Assembly: GCA_001189165.1 (NCBI GenBank)
Contig: LFCO01000003.1
Coordinates: 190,984 to 254,983 of the forward strand
Reading direction: 5' to 3'
Source of the DNA: Parcubacteria bacterium C7867-005
GTDB lineage: Bacteria; Patescibacteriota; Minisyncoccia; Phycocordibacterales; Zambryskibacteraceae
DNA length: 64,000 bases
Shown: piece by piece, positions 1-9,524 of the stretch
How the letters are laid out: the number at the start of each line of letters is the position of its first letter
Position numbering within the stretch: the first letter of the stretch is position 1
Translations under genes and position numbers: made by a program
Notes under the pieces: generated by a model
What the model was told of the DNA's origin: nothing
The model's input: only the letters and a program-made list of their open reading frames with translations
Databases searched by the model: none

Positions 1-42
1 CGGGCAACAGGCCGGTCACTTCACAGTGATCGGTCTCTTCTT

Positions 43-1449
43 TTATAAATTTATTGCTTTGGGCAGGTTCACACTCTGGAAATAATCCAATGTTTTTTCT
101 GAATCACCCTCACCAAGAACTTTTTTCGTATCAACTATTTCTGTATGTAGATTTTCTGGTTTACCGTTTAATAAATTCAAGAAGTGAGACAAGAAAGTGG
201 TGGCATATTCACCTTTACCCAAAGAGAAACTCACTATGATACCCTCGTTCACTACTTCGACACCGAATATTTCGGGTCTATCTTTGGTCATAATGTCCCT
301 CTTGGTGATGATGATACTGCGAAAGGGGCGTAGGTTATTCCAGTTTGGAGGGAAGATGCCGACACTCTCCATATCATCTGCATATGGGAGCCAGTCGTTC
401 TTATCGGCGCTTGTGAAGAGAGGTAGGCTTTTTGGAGGTTCTATACCAGCCATGATGTATGAGCTGATCTTTCTGTTGTATAGATAGGATGCGAGAGCGC
501 TCACCCATAGATTTACTTGCTCTTCGATCTTTAATAGTGCCCCGACAAAATCCTGTGGTTTGTCTACGAGGTGTTCTACTACTTTTATCTCACTGGGGAA
601 TATGAGAGGGAATTCGTTCAATCTCTCTAGAACCATACCCCAGTTGGGAGCGAGGCTTATGATCTCTTTTCTTCGTTCGATAAAGTAGGGGATTTCGCGC
701 AGACCAGCATCGGCTATGAGCCCCCTGATCGCTTTCTCATAATCGCCCTTGAGTATAGAGAGGGCCCATTTGTAGTTATTTAGTCTAGGAGCACCAAAAC
801 GCTGGAGGTAAAAGAAATTATAAAAACCATTTTGTTCTACACGCTTCACGGCCTCAAGGGCATTTTTCATCTTGGTCTCATCGTGTATATCTTCTCCGAT
901 GCGGAGCAGGATGGTGAATTTGTTGCCTTTCAGCGTGCCTTTTTGCATCACTCCTTTACCTGCATGTATATCTTTTAGGATGAAGTGCGGGGATTTGATG
1001 CTCAGCACTCTTTCCTTGGGTATTCCTCTAAAAGAAAGGATCTGTGCCGTAAGTGCGTCTTTGTCTTTGATCCCTGCATATTGGATTTTATCTTTGGTTG
1101 TTTCTAACAATTTGGACAGTTCTTCTACTGCTTCAATAGTAGACAAGCCACATTTGATCAAGGTGGCATATACGGTTCCACCCTCCTCATCACCAACTCC
1201 ATCTCCGATGATTGATATGTTGGTTTGTTTCCCGTCTAAAGAGGTTTCTTCTACTATAAAGTCACTGGGCATGAATTTCAGGAAGGCTCTGGGTAGATTG
1301 TCTTTGCCTGGTATATGAATACCCAGTTTTTCTAGGGTTTCTCTGTCATCCACCCAAGTCGTTTCAGGGAAAAGTTCTGGTTTAAGTGCTTTTTCTTTCG
1401 CCAATTTCTCCATCTCCAGAGCTTTGAGGTGTATGAGGTCTGATTTCAT
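43..1449 (-). CDS. truD: tRNA pseudouridine(13) synthase TruD
   Basis: 468 aa ORF; TruD-type motifs (FMPSDFIVEE; catalytic GxKD as YAGIKDKDA). Confidence 0.8.
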   Translation of the reverse strand: MKSDLIHLKALEMEKLAKEKALKPELFPETTWVDDRETLEKLGIHIPGKDNLPRAFLKFMPSDFIVEETSLDGKQTNISIIGDGVGDEEGGTVYATLIKCGLSTIEAVEELSKLLETTKDKIQYAGIKDKDALTAQILSFRGIPKERVLSIKSPHFILKDIHAGKGVMQKGTLKGNKFTILLRIGEDIHDETKMKNALEAVKRVEQNGFYNFFYLQRFGAPRLNNYKWALSILKGDYEKAIRGLIADAGLREIPYFIERRKEIISLAPNWGMVLERLNEFPLIFPSEIKVVEHLVDKPQDFVGALLKIEEQVNLWVSALASYLYNRKISSYIMAGIEPPKSLPLFTSADKNDWLPYADDMESVGIFPPNWNNLRPFRSIIITKRDIMTKDRPEIFGVEVVNEGIIVSFSLGKGEYATTFLSHFLNLLNGKPENLHTEIVDTKKVLGEGDSEKTLDYFQSVNLPKAINL

Positions 1450-1545
1450 GGGGTCATAATAACACGTAAACCGCCCTGGTTTGACATTACAGCCTGATTT
1501 ATATACTATATCTTCCTAAGCTCTCTCCGAGCTTCTTTATTTCTC

Positions 1546-1887
1546 ATGACCCGATCTTCGAAGAAAGGCCCATATGTTGACCCTCGTGTTTTGAAAAAGA
1601 TAGAGGGCAAGAAACCCAGTACTACTGGGGTTATTAAGACATGGGCCCGTGCCTGCCAGATCTCTCCGGAGATGCTCGGTTTCACCTTCGGAGTTCACAA
1701 CGGCAAGGACCATATAGAGGTTTTCGTCACTGAGGACATGATCGGCCACAGACTAGGTGAATTTTCTCTAACCAGGAAGTTCGTCAAACACGGTGGTAAG
1801 ATGCAAAAAGACCTAGAAATCAAGAAGAAGGAGTCAGAAATCGCCGCAGCTAAGGCAGTTAAAGGCGCCGACGCATCAAAGAAATAA
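1546..1887 (+). CDS. rpsS: 30S ribosomal protein S19
   Basis: N-terminal KKGPYVD...; conserved S19 core; position ahead of rplV. Confidence 0.95.
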   Translation: MTRSSKKGPYVDPRVLKKIEGKKPSTTGVIKTWARACQISPEMLGFTFGVHNGKDHIEVFVTEDMIGHRLGEFSLTRKFVKHGGKMQKDLEIKKKESEIAAAKAVKGADASKK

Positions 1888-1896
1888 TCCACTATC

Positions 1897-2289
1897 ATGG
1901 CCGAAGCAAAAGCAACACTCTCAGATTATCGTCAGTCACCCCGCAAGGTCCGCATAGTTGCTGATATGGTTCGTGGCAAGAAAGTCGAGGATGCGATCGT
2001 CACTTTGTCTTTTGTGCCAAAGCGTTCCGCTCTTCCTCTACAGAAACTCATCGCCTCCGCTCTGGCCAACGCCAAGAGCCTCTCTATCCCCGTAGAAAAC
2101 TTGGTCGTCAAAGAGATCAGAGTGGACGGAGGCAAAATCCTTTACAGGAGGATGGCCATGTCTCGTGGACGTGCATTCGTGATGAGAAAAAGGACAACCC
2201 ACGTCAATGTCACTTTGGCAGAAGGAGCACCAAAGAAAATAAAGAAAGCCAAGACTACTTCTAAAAAGGTAGCTAAAACCACTAAATAA
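1897..2289 (+). CDS. rplV: 50S ribosomal protein L22
   Basis: L22-like sequence, operon order. Confidence 0.9.
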   Translation: MAEAKATLSDYRQSPRKVRIVADMVRGKKVEDAIVTLSFVPKRSALPLQKLIASALANAKSLSIPVENLVVKEIRVDGGKILYRRMAMSRGRAFVMRKRTTHVNVTLAEGAPKKIKKAKTTSKKVAKTTK

Positions 2290-2290
2290 T

Positions 2291-2968
2291 ATGTCACACA
2301 CAGTTCACCCATACTCACATCGTTTAGGAATCCTCCGTGACTGGAAGTCTAGGTGGTTCTCGACTAAAGACAAATACAAAGAATTTCTCCGTGGAGATAT
2401 TTTGATCCGCGGATTTCTCGAGAAGAAGCTCAAGGGATTTTTCGTATCAGATATAGAAGTAGAGAGGAGTGAGAAGGCGGTCAGAGTTATCATCTCTACC
2501 TCACGTCCGGGTATGATCATCGGCAGATCAGGGGACGGTGCCACAAAACTACGAGAAAGTATCACTAAACTATTGAACAAGCACAAACTACTTGATCCAA
2601 AAGTAGAGATAAAGCTCGACATCAAAGAAATCCGCTCTCCAGAATCAAATGCAACCATAGTCTCTCAGATGGTGGTTGAAGGTCTCGAAAAGAGATTGCC
2701 TTTCCGTCGTGTGATGAAGTCCACCCTTGAGAAGGTCATGGCGAACAGGGATGTCTTGGGTGTTCGCGTTCTGTGTTCTGGTAGACTCGGAGGTGCGACT
2801 ATGTCTCGTTCAGAAGACAGAAAGCTCGGCCGTCTACCACTCCAGACATTTAGAGCAGATGTCGACTATGCATGCACCAAAGCGGTTATGCCTTATGGTA
2901 CTTTGGGTGTAAAGGTTTGGATCTACAAGGGAGACATTTTCGATAAGGATATTCTTCTCAAGAAATAA
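2291..2968 (+). CDS. rpsC: 30S ribosomal protein S3
   Basis: KH-like IGRSGDGATKLRE motif and S3 C-domain; operon order. Confidence 0.95.
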   Translation: MSHTVHPYSHRLGILRDWKSRWFSTKDKYKEFLRGDILIRGFLEKKLKGFFVSDIEVERSEKAVRVIISTSRPGMIIGRSGDGATKLRESITKLLNKHKLLDPKVEIKLDIKEIRSPESNATIVSQMVVEGLEKRLPFRRVMKSTLEKVMANRDVLGVRVLCSGRLGGATMSRSEDRKLGRLPLQTFRADVDYACTKAVMPYGTLGVKVWIYKGDIFDKDILLKK

Positions 2969-2979
2969 TTTTTAATATC

Positions 2980-3399
2980 ATGTTAGCTCCCAAAAAAGTT
3001 AAATACAGAAAGTGGCATACGATGAGGAAAAACCCTAAGAAGGTTGGTCCTGCTACGCGTGGTACGACAGTGTCGTTTGGTTCTTTTGGCATCAAAGCTA
3101 CAGCACCAATGCGCATCAAATCAAATCAGCTCGAAGCAGCTAGAAAAGTTCTATCCAAATCTATAGGCAAGTCTGGTCGTCTTTGGATTCGTATTTTCCC
3201 TGACATGCCTTATACTGCGAAGCCAGCAGAAGTGAAGCTCGGTAAGGGTAAGGGAGACCTCCAGGGGTATGTCGCTCCGGTTCGAGCGGGGACAGTGATC
3301 TTCGAGGTAGACGGAGTAGCAGAGGCGATAGCCAGAGAGGCCCTAAGAAAAGCGGGGACGAAACTTCCAGTAAAGACCAAGATCGTCTCACGCATATAA
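2980..3399 (+). CDS. rplP: 50S ribosomal protein L16
   Basis: MLAPKKVKYRK... typical L16 N-terminus. Confidence 0.95.
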   Translation: MLAPKKVKYRKWHTMRKNPKKVGPATRGTTVSFGSFGIKATAPMRIKSNQLEAARKVLSKSIGKSGRLWIRIFPDMPYTAKPAEVKLGKGKGDLQGYVAPVRAGTVIFEVDGVAEAIAREALRKAGTKLPVKTKIVSRI

Positions 3400-3403
3400 A
3401 TAT

Positions 3404-3589
3404 ATGAAAAAAATAAGCTACAAAGATAAAGATCAGAAGGATTTACAGAAAGCACTCTCAGAAAAGAGAGTGACTCTAAGAGACTTCAGATTTGCGGTGG
3501 CTGGTTCAAAGACGAGGAACGTCAAGGAAGGCAAGGCAGCCAAGAAAGATATCGCCCGAATCCTCACTGAGCTAAACCACAACAAGTAA
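3404..3589 (+). CDS. rpmC: 50S ribosomal protein L29
   Basis: 61 aa, L29-like, operon position. Confidence 0.85.
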   Translation: MKKISYKDKDQKDLQKALSEKRVTLRDFRFAVAGSKTRNVKEGKAAKKDIARILTELNHNK

Positions 3590-3593
3590 TACC

Positions 3594-3836
3594 ATGACCA
3601 AAAAAACCGAAACAAAGAAAAAAATTTTTGAAGGAATAGTCGTCTCTGACAAGATGAAAGACACTGTGGTTGTCCTTATCGAACGATACGAGAAGCATCC
3701 AAAGTACGGCAAATTCATCAAACACAAGAAAAAGTTCAAAGCTCATGATGCTGGTAACACCAAGAAGATCGGTGACAAGGTGAGGATCGCAGAAACCAAA
3801 CCGATATCGAAAGATAAGAAGTTTGTGATAGTATAA
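3594..3836 (+). CDS. rpsQ: 30S ribosomal protein S17
   Basis: 80 aa, S17-like (GxVVSDKMxKT...), operon position. Confidence 0.9.
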   Translation: MTKKTETKKKIFEGIVVSDKMKDTVVVLIERYEKHPKYGKFIKHKKKFKAHDAGNTKKIGDKVRIAETKPISKDKKFVIV

Positions 3837-3842
3837 TCCGCC

Positions 3843-4214
3843 ATGGTACAACCACAATCCATCGTCCAAATCGCAGACAACTCCGGAGGCAAGATCGGCA
3901 GAGTTTTCAAAGTGCTCGGCAGTTCAAAGAAGCGATACGCTTCGATCGGAGAGATCGTGGTTCTCTCAGTCCAGAAAGCAGAACCCAGAAAAGCGGTCAA
4001 GAAAAAGGACATCCTCTATGCAGTGGTGGTCCGCCAAAAGGCACCTTTCAGGCGAGCAGACGGTACCCACATTCGCTTTGATGAGAACGCGGTAGTGATC
4101 CTCGACAAAGCCAAAAAAGAGCCACAAGCAGGACGTGTGTTCGGTCCCATCCCTCGAGAAATAGGAGAGAAGGGTTTCCAGAAAATTATTTCTTTGGCTC
4201 AAGAAGTCGTATAA
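3843..4214 (+). CDS. rplN: 50S ribosomal protein L14
   Basis: MVQPQSIVQIADNSG... canonical L14. Confidence 0.95.
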   Translation: MVQPQSIVQIADNSGGKIGRVFKVLGSSKKRYASIGEIVVLSVQKAEPRKAVKKKDILYAVVVRQKAPFRRADGTHIRFDENAVVILDKAKKEPQAGRVFGPIPREIGEKGFQKIISLAQEVV

Positions 4215-4219
4215 AATTT

Positions 4220-4528
4220 ATGAAAATCAAGAAAAACGACACAGTATTCATACGCTCAGGCAAAGACAAAGGCAAGACTGGTAAGGTCTTGAAGTCCTTT
4301 CCTCGTGACGCCAAGGTTCTGGTCGAAGGCGTGAATCTCCGCAAGAGACACAACAAAGCCAAGAAGTCAGGGGGTAAGGGTGAGATAGTGGAACTCGCTT
4401 TCCCAATCCCTGTATCAACCGTTTCTCTACTTGATCCAAAGACCAAGAAGCCAACCCGTGTAGGGATGAAGATGGTCGGAGGTAAAAACGTTCGTGTGGC
4501 CAAGAAGTCTGGAGCAAGTATCGAATAG
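4220..4528 (+). CDS. rplX: 50S ribosomal protein L24
   Basis: KOW-type L24 sequence, operon order. Confidence 0.9.
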   Translation: MKIKKNDTVFIRSGKDKGKTGKVLKSFPRDAKVLVEGVNLRKRHNKAKKSGGKGEIVELAFPIPVSTVSLLDPKTKKPTRVGMKMVGGKNVRVAKKSGASIE

Positions 4529-4555
4529 TTCAAATCCTTCACTATAAATAAAATT

Positions 4556-5089
4556 ATGGAAACTCTAAAACACAAAACAGAAAAAGCGTTCGAAGTTCTG
4601 AAAACCAAAGCAGGTTATAAGAACAAGATGCAAGCACCCAAGGTCACCAAAGTAGTTATCTCTGTTGGTATTGGATCACTCAAGGATAAAGCCAAGATCA
4701 AATTGATCGACAACCGCCTAGCTTTGATCACCGGACAGAAAGCTGCTCCTCGTACAGCGAAGGTGGCTATCGCTAACTTCAAATCAAGAGAGGGTGACCA
4801 CATAGGTTACCAGGTGACTCTACGTGGTGCTCGTATGCACGACTTCCTCGAGAGGTTGATCCATATCGCCCTTCCTAGAACCAAAGACTTCCGTGGCATT
4901 TCTAAGAACTCCGCAGATGAGATGGGCAACTACACCCTAGGTATCAAAGAGCACACCATCTTCCCAGAGACAGCGGACGAAGAGCTCAAAGACGTATTCG
5001 GTATGGCTATCACCGTGGTCACCACAGCCAAATCCAAAACAGAAGTTCAAGATTTCCTCGAACACCTCGGTTTTCCTTTCAAGAAATAG
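4556..5089 (+). CDS. rplE: 50S ribosomal protein L5
   Basis: L5-like, operon order. Confidence 0.9.
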   Translation: METLKHKTEKAFEVLKTKAGYKNKMQAPKVTKVVISVGIGSLKDKAKIKLIDNRLALITGQKAAPRTAKVAIANFKSREGDHIGYQVTLRGARMHDFLERLIHIALPRTKDFRGISKNSADEMGNYTLGIKEHTIFPETADEELKDVFGMAITVVTTAKSKTEVQDFLEHLGFPFKK

Positions 5090-5117
5090 TCCAAAAAATT
5101 TATTACACACATCAAAA

Positions 5118-5141
5118 CCCCGCCAAAAGCGGGGATTTCTT
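5118..5141 (+). terminator. intrinsic terminator after rplE
   Basis: Stem CCCCGC/GCGGGG with loop CAAAA, followed by ATTTCTT. Confidence 0.6.
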
Positions 5142-5165
5142 GATAAGTGCAGTTTTTAAAGATAC

Positions 5166-5194
5166 TTGACAAAGTATACACTTATGACATTATT
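5166..5194 (+). promoter_or_regulatory. putative sigma70-like promoter for the GC-rich insert
   Basis: TTGACA, 17 nt spacer, ATTATT, upstream of CDS 5253. Confidence 0.35.
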
Positions 5195-5252
5195 ACGGGC
5201 GGAACATAGGCAGTAGTCCTTTACACCACCCAATCCATTCGAGGCACCGTAT

Positions 5253-5804
5253 ATGAGCAACTCTGTTGCGTTGGTCGCCATTGATCGTGTGGCGAAAGAT
5301 GTTCGCGGGGAGATCAGCGTCAGCGATCGACTGGTCACGCGAATCGCTGCAAAAAGGAATATCACGCCCGGCGAAGCGAGGGAACGAATCATCGCTTCTA
5401 CGGTGCGTTCGGCATTGAAGTTGTCGAACAACGACGAGAAGATCGCCACGACAGCGCTCGTGATCGTCCACGGAAAGTCGAATCGACTGCCGCAGTGCAC
5501 CAGGCTTCTTCGGAAGCATGATGCAAGTACGGTGTCCGTGGCGTATGAGGTGAAGGGCGAGCTCGCGATGTCGAATGTCTCACTCCGTGTGCTCTGTCAG
5601 TTCGTGGATTTCACTGACAGAGATATGGAGGGTGAGGTGTCCGAGCTTCGAGACGTGCTTGAAGAGATCGCGATGAAAGTGCCGTCGAAAGAGTACGAGT
5701 GGTCTCTCCATCATCGTCTGCGCGAAGGTCTTGAGCGGGGTCGCCCTCTCGCGGCCATGCGTGATGAGATCATGGATGAGATCGATCGCAGGATTTCTCC
5801 ATGA
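5253..5804 (+). CDS. hypothetical protein in the GC-rich insert
   Basis: 183 aa ORF, markedly higher GC than flanks; no recognisable domain. Confidence 0.55.
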   Translation: MSNSVALVAIDRVAKDVRGEISVSDRLVTRIAAKRNITPGEARERIIASTVRSALKLSNNDEKIATTALVIVHGKSNRLPQCTRLLRKHDASTVSVAYEVKGELAMSNVSLRVLCQFVDFTDRDMEGEVSELRDVLEEIAMKVPSKEYEWSLHHRLREGLERGRPLAAMRDEIMDEIDRRISP

Positions 5805-6793
5805 GGAATCCTATCGATGTCTTGTTTGGATCTCGTGTCATCTTCCATCTCAGGCGTCAACCAGCGGCGTTGAAACGCATCGCTGAGAGGATCAAGCCGT
5901 TGCTCATGGCGGCGGTTCATCCGGATCGCAACCATGACATCGGCCCAGAGGAAGCGGCTGAGATCAGTGAGGCGTATCAACGTCTCGTCTCTATGGCGCC
6001 GGAAGATCTTGAACCTCTCATCGCCGAGTTCTTGCGTCAGGATCGTGGAGAGGCGCTAAGGATCCAAATTCGAGATCTCCAGCAGTCAAAGGTTGGTCTT
6101 GAATTGGTTACAAGGAAGCAAGAAGCGAAGATCAAGGACCTTTCGGAAGAACTGTTTCGAGAGCGCGACGGGCGCAACAGATCCTTTGCCGCAGCGTTGC
6201 TCTGGTTCCAGTCCAGCTCAACATTCGAGCCAAGGGGTCTCGAGATGCTCGATGAAAATGCCATTCCTCGCGGGGCTATCCCCCGTGGGATGTTGCATCA
6301 TTATCGAGTTGTCGTCGAGCTAAATGACGGCAAGTTCAGATCTTACCAATTTGATCTTGCTGGCAGGGTTCGGCTCACAGTCTCTACGAGAAACATCCGT
6401 GATGCACGGGAAGCGTATCTTTTCCAAAACCACCCGCTTCCAAATAGCCGGATAAAGGTCAGTTCGAAGCGGGACAACCTTATCCTCATTGGATCTGCGA
6501 AGCGCCTTCCGAAGGGGATCGTTTTGTCACGTGCAATTGAAGATGGCTGGGCGAAGCCTTATGTCGAGAAGGGGATGCAGCCAGTTTTTGTATCCCTGAA
6601 TCGTCATGGCGTGCTCGAGATCGATCCGCTCAACAACCCTCTGTTGGATGGGGTTGGTACAATTGTTGACCTGATCGATCTGGATAGTGCCCGACGGAAA
6701 CTGGTCGGGCCGGGTGGTCGGGGGAGTGGAAATAGGGATAACCTTAAAACCCGTCTTGCAGAGCACAAGCAACGCAAGCGCCAGAAGAAGTAA
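5801..6793 (+). CDS. J-domain (DnaJ-like) protein, C-terminal region unknown
   Basis: LLMAAVHPDRNHDIGPEEAAEISEAYQRL matches the J-domain helix II-III region with HPD motif; overlaps the previous ORF by 4 nt (ATGA). Confidence 0.65.
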   Translation: MRNPIDVLFGSRVIFHLRRQPAALKRIAERIKPLLMAAVHPDRNHDIGPEEAAEISEAYQRLVSMAPEDLEPLIAEFLRQDRGEALRIQIRDLQQSKVGLELVTRKQEAKIKDLSEELFRERDGRNRSFAAALLWFQSSSTFEPRGLEMLDENAIPRGAIPRGMLHHYRVVVELNDGKFRSYQFDLAGRVRLTVSTRNIRDAREAYLFQNHPLPNSRIKVSSKRDNLILIGSAKRLPKGIVLSRAIEDGWAKPYVEKGMQPVFVSLNRHGVLEIDPLNNPLLDGVGTIVDLIDLDSARRKLVGPGGRGSGNRDNLKTRLAEHKQRKRQKK

Positions 6794-6807
6794 TCTGGCG
6801 CTTTTTT
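6778..6807 (+). terminator. intrinsic terminator after the J-domain gene
   Basis: GCGCCAG / CTGGCGC stem followed by TTTTTT; overlaps the stop codon. Confidence 0.7.
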
Positions 6808-6944
6808 AATATAAAACATGAGCAAGATCACCCTGCCATGACTATCGTGGTTATAGTGGGGAGGAGGGTAAGAGCCTTATTTGACAAGGGGGGACTGGGC
6901 TGATAAGCTGAATTACCAGCTTTTCGAAGCTATTTTTATTAAAT

Positions 6945-7130
6945 ATGGCAAAAACATCAGTAATCGCAAGGTCAAAAAAGATCCCCAAGTTCAGCACTCG
7001 GGCTACTCATCGTTGCTTCAAGTGTGGCCGTGGAAGGGGTTTTATGAGGGACTTTGATCTTTGCCGTATTTGTTTCAGAGAACTTGCGAACGAAGGCAAG
7101 ATTCCTGGAGTTAAAAAATCTTCCTGGTAA
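6945..7130 (+). CDS. rpsZ: 30S ribosomal protein S14 type Z (zinc-binding)
   Basis: 61 aa with CxxC...CxxC, S14-like. Confidence 0.9.
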   Translation: MAKTSVIARSKKIPKFSTRATHRCFKCGRGRGFMRDFDLCRICFRELANEGKIPGVKKSSW

Positions 7131-7141
7131 TTTCATTTTCT

Positions 7142-7528
7142 ATGGATCCTATCGCAAACATGCTCGTACAGTTAACCAACGCAGGCTCAGCCGGCAGGGA
7201 TACTGTTTCTGTTCCTTACTCTCAAATCAAAGAAAATATCGCTAATGTTCTAAAAGCAGAAGGTTTTATAAAGGGCGTAGAAAAGAAAATGGAATCCAAG
7301 AAACCAGTTCTCTCCATAGAACTCATTCTTGAAAATCGTATTCCAAAGATCAAAGGGATCAAGAGACTTTCTAAAACATCCAAACGTGTCTACAAGAAAT
7401 CTGCAGAAATCCGCCCAGTGAAAAATGGATATGGCGCGATCGTTCTATCCACTCCAAAAGGAGTCATGTCAGGCAGAGATGCCAAGAAACAGAAACTTGG
7501 AGGCGAAGCGCTTTTCAATATCTGGTAG
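7142..7528 (+). CDS. rpsH: 30S ribosomal protein S8
   Basis: MDPIANMLVQLTNA... canonical S8. Confidence 0.95.
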   Translation: MDPIANMLVQLTNAGSAGRDTVSVPYSQIKENIANVLKAEGFIKGVEKKMESKKPVLSIELILENRIPKIKGIKRLSKTSKRVYKKSAEIRPVKNGYGAIVLSTPKGVMSGRDAKKQKLGGEALFNIW

Positions 7529-7552
7529 ACCGAGAAGCTCAAAAATAAATAT

Positions 7553-8086
7553 ATGTCACGTATAGGCAAACAAATCATCACCCTTCCAGAAAAAACCGAG
7601 ATCTCATTCTCAGGTTCTACTGTCTCAGTCAAAGGACCACTTGGAGATCTTTCCAAAATTTTCAATCCAATCATCGAAGTAAAGGTAGAAGGCAAAGAAG
7701 TCACTCTAAAACCAAAACGAGAAACTTTAGAATCCAGAGCATTGTGGGGATCATACGCTTCACATCTAAAGAACATGGTCTCAGGGGTAAACAAACCATT
7801 TGAGAAGAAACTCATCCTAGAAGGCATCGGTTATAAATCAGAAGTAAAAGGCGACACTATCGTACTCGCACTCGGATTTTCTCACCCAGTAAATGTTTCT
7901 GTACCAAAGGGACTAAAGGTCACCGCTGAAAAAAACATCATCACTGTATCTGGTATAGACAAAGAAGCGGTTGGAGAATTTACAGCCAAGCTCAGAGCCC
8001 TAAAGAAACCAGAACCTTATAAGGGTAAGGGCATGAGGTATGAGGGCGAAGTGATCAAACGCAAGCAGGGCAAGAAATCTGCATAG
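7553..8086 (+). CDS. rplF: 50S ribosomal protein L6
   Basis: MSRIGKQIITLP..., L6 two-domain pattern. Confidence 0.95.
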   Translation: MSRIGKQIITLPEKTEISFSGSTVSVKGPLGDLSKIFNPIIEVKVEGKEVTLKPKRETLESRALWGSYASHLKNMVSGVNKPFEKKLILEGIGYKSEVKGDTIVLALGFSHPVNVSVPKGLKVTAEKNIITVSGIDKEAVGEFTAKLRALKKPEPYKGKGMRYEGEVIKRKQGKKSA

Positions 8087-8110
8087 CTCAACAAGTTCAA
8101 TACAAATAAA

Positions 8111-8425
8111 ATGGCTACTACATCAGAAAAAAGAATACGCAATCACAGAAAAATCCGAACAACAGTTTCTGGTACTTCAGAACGCCCACGTCTTTCTGTT
8201 TTCAAGTCAAACACCACCATATACGCACAGCTCATCAATGATGATGCGGGCATTACTCTCGCAGCAGCCAAAGGTACTGATGCAATAAAGGTAGGCAAAG
8301 ACATAGCCAAGGCAGGAATGAGCAAGAAGGTAGAAGCAGTTGTTTTCGACAGAGGTGGATATGTGTACACAGGCAAAGTAAAAGCTTTGGCCGACAGCGC
8401 CAGGGAATCCGGACTTAAATTTTAA
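8111..8425 (+). CDS. rplR: 50S ribosomal protein L18
   Basis: L18-like ([10 protein letters not shown]...). Confidence 0.9.
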   Translation: MATTSEKRIRNHRKIRTTVSGTSERPRLSVFKSNTTIYAQLINDDAGITLAAAKGTDAIKVGKDIAKAGMSKKVEAVVFDRGGYVYTGKVKALADSARESGLKF

Positions 8426-8430
8426 TTATC

Positions 8431-9075
8431 ATGGACGAAACACTAAACACAACAGAAGAGAAAGTTATCAGCACTGATACACCGGTGGTCTCTGATGTTG
8501 TACCCGGAGTTGTTCCTGCAGCAGCAGATAAGCCAGCTTTTAATCGAGGAGATAGAGGGGGAGACAGGGGTCGCGGTAAAAACAATAATCGCAGATCACC
8601 AAGGAGAGATGGTCAGAGGAGTAAACCAGAATTTGATCAGAAGATCGTCAGTCTTCGTCGAGTGACCCGTGTGACCTCCGGAGGACGCCGTTTCGCTTTC
8701 TCTGCTTGTGTTGTAGCTGGTAATAAGAAGGGTATGGTAGGCGTAGGACAAGGTAAGGCATCTGACACACCACTAGCTATAGAGAAGGCTTTCAGAGATG
8801 CTCGCAAGAATATGATAACCGTGAATATGACAAAAAATATGTCTATTCCCCACGAAGTAGATGCCAAGTATTCTGCCTCTGTGGTCAAGATCATGCCGGC
8901 TCCAGGCAAAGGTATCCTCGCAGGAAGTTCTGTCCGTACAGTGATCGAACTTGCAGGACTCAAAGAGATTTCTTCTAAACTACTTTCAAGATCCAAGAAC
9001 ACCGTGAACAATGCATATGTAGCTATCGCTGCTTTGAAAAAGCTCGATCATACTAAGATAAGACATTCCAAATAA
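8431..9075 (+). CDS. rpsE: 30S ribosomal protein S5 with low-complexity R/G/D-rich N-terminal extension
   Basis: S5 core (VTRVTSGGRRFAFSACVVAGNKKGMVGVG); N-terminal 70 aa repetitive RGDRGGDRGRG. Confidence 0.9.
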   Translation: MDETLNTTEEKVISTDTPVVSDVVPGVVPAAADKPAFNRGDRGGDRGRGKNNNRRSPRRDGQRSKPEFDQKIVSLRRVTRVTSGGRRFAFSACVVAGNKKGMVGVGQGKASDTPLAIEKAFRDARKNMITVNMTKNMSIPHEVDAKYSASVVKIMPAPGKGILAGSSVRTVIELAGLKEISSKLLSRSKNTVNNAYVAIAALKKLDHTKIRHSK

Positions 9076-9079
9076 ATTT

Positions 9080-9520
9080 ATGCAACTCCATACACTAAAA
9101 GCAAAGACAAAACGAGTCACATCACAGCAGGTTGGTCGTGGTGGTAAACGAGGTAAAACTTCTGGTAAAGGTACCAAGGGCCAGAACGCTCGTGCTGGAC
9201 GTAAGAAGCGCCCAGAGCTCAGAGACTTCATCAAACGATTTCCTAAACTTCGTGGACGTGGAGTTTCTCCCTTCAAGTCAAGACAAGTTAAACCCCTCGC
9301 AGTTAATCTGGGTTCAGTGGAGGCGATGTTTGCCCTCGGTGAAGTAGTGAACAAAGATTCGATTATCTCAAAAGGTATAGTTTCAGCTAAAAAAGCTAAG
9401 GGTTCCACAATAAAAATTCTAGGTAACGGAGATTTCACCAAAAAACTTTCTTTCGAAGGAGTTTTGGTTTCTGAATCAGCCAAAAAAGCTATAGAGGGAG
9501 CAGGGGGAAGTATAAAATAA
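9080..9520 (+). CDS. rplO: 50S ribosomal protein L15
   Basis: L15-like glycine/arginine-rich N-terminus; follows rpsE directly, with no L30 gene between. Confidence 0.9.
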   Translation: MQLHTLKAKTKRVTSQQVGRGGKRGKTSGKGTKGQNARAGRKKRPELRDFIKRFPKLRGRGVSPFKSRQVKPLAVNLGSVEAMFALGEVVNKDSIISKGIVSAKKAKGSTIKILGNGDFTKKLSFEGVLVSESAKKAIEGAGGSIK

Positions 9521-9524
9521 TACG

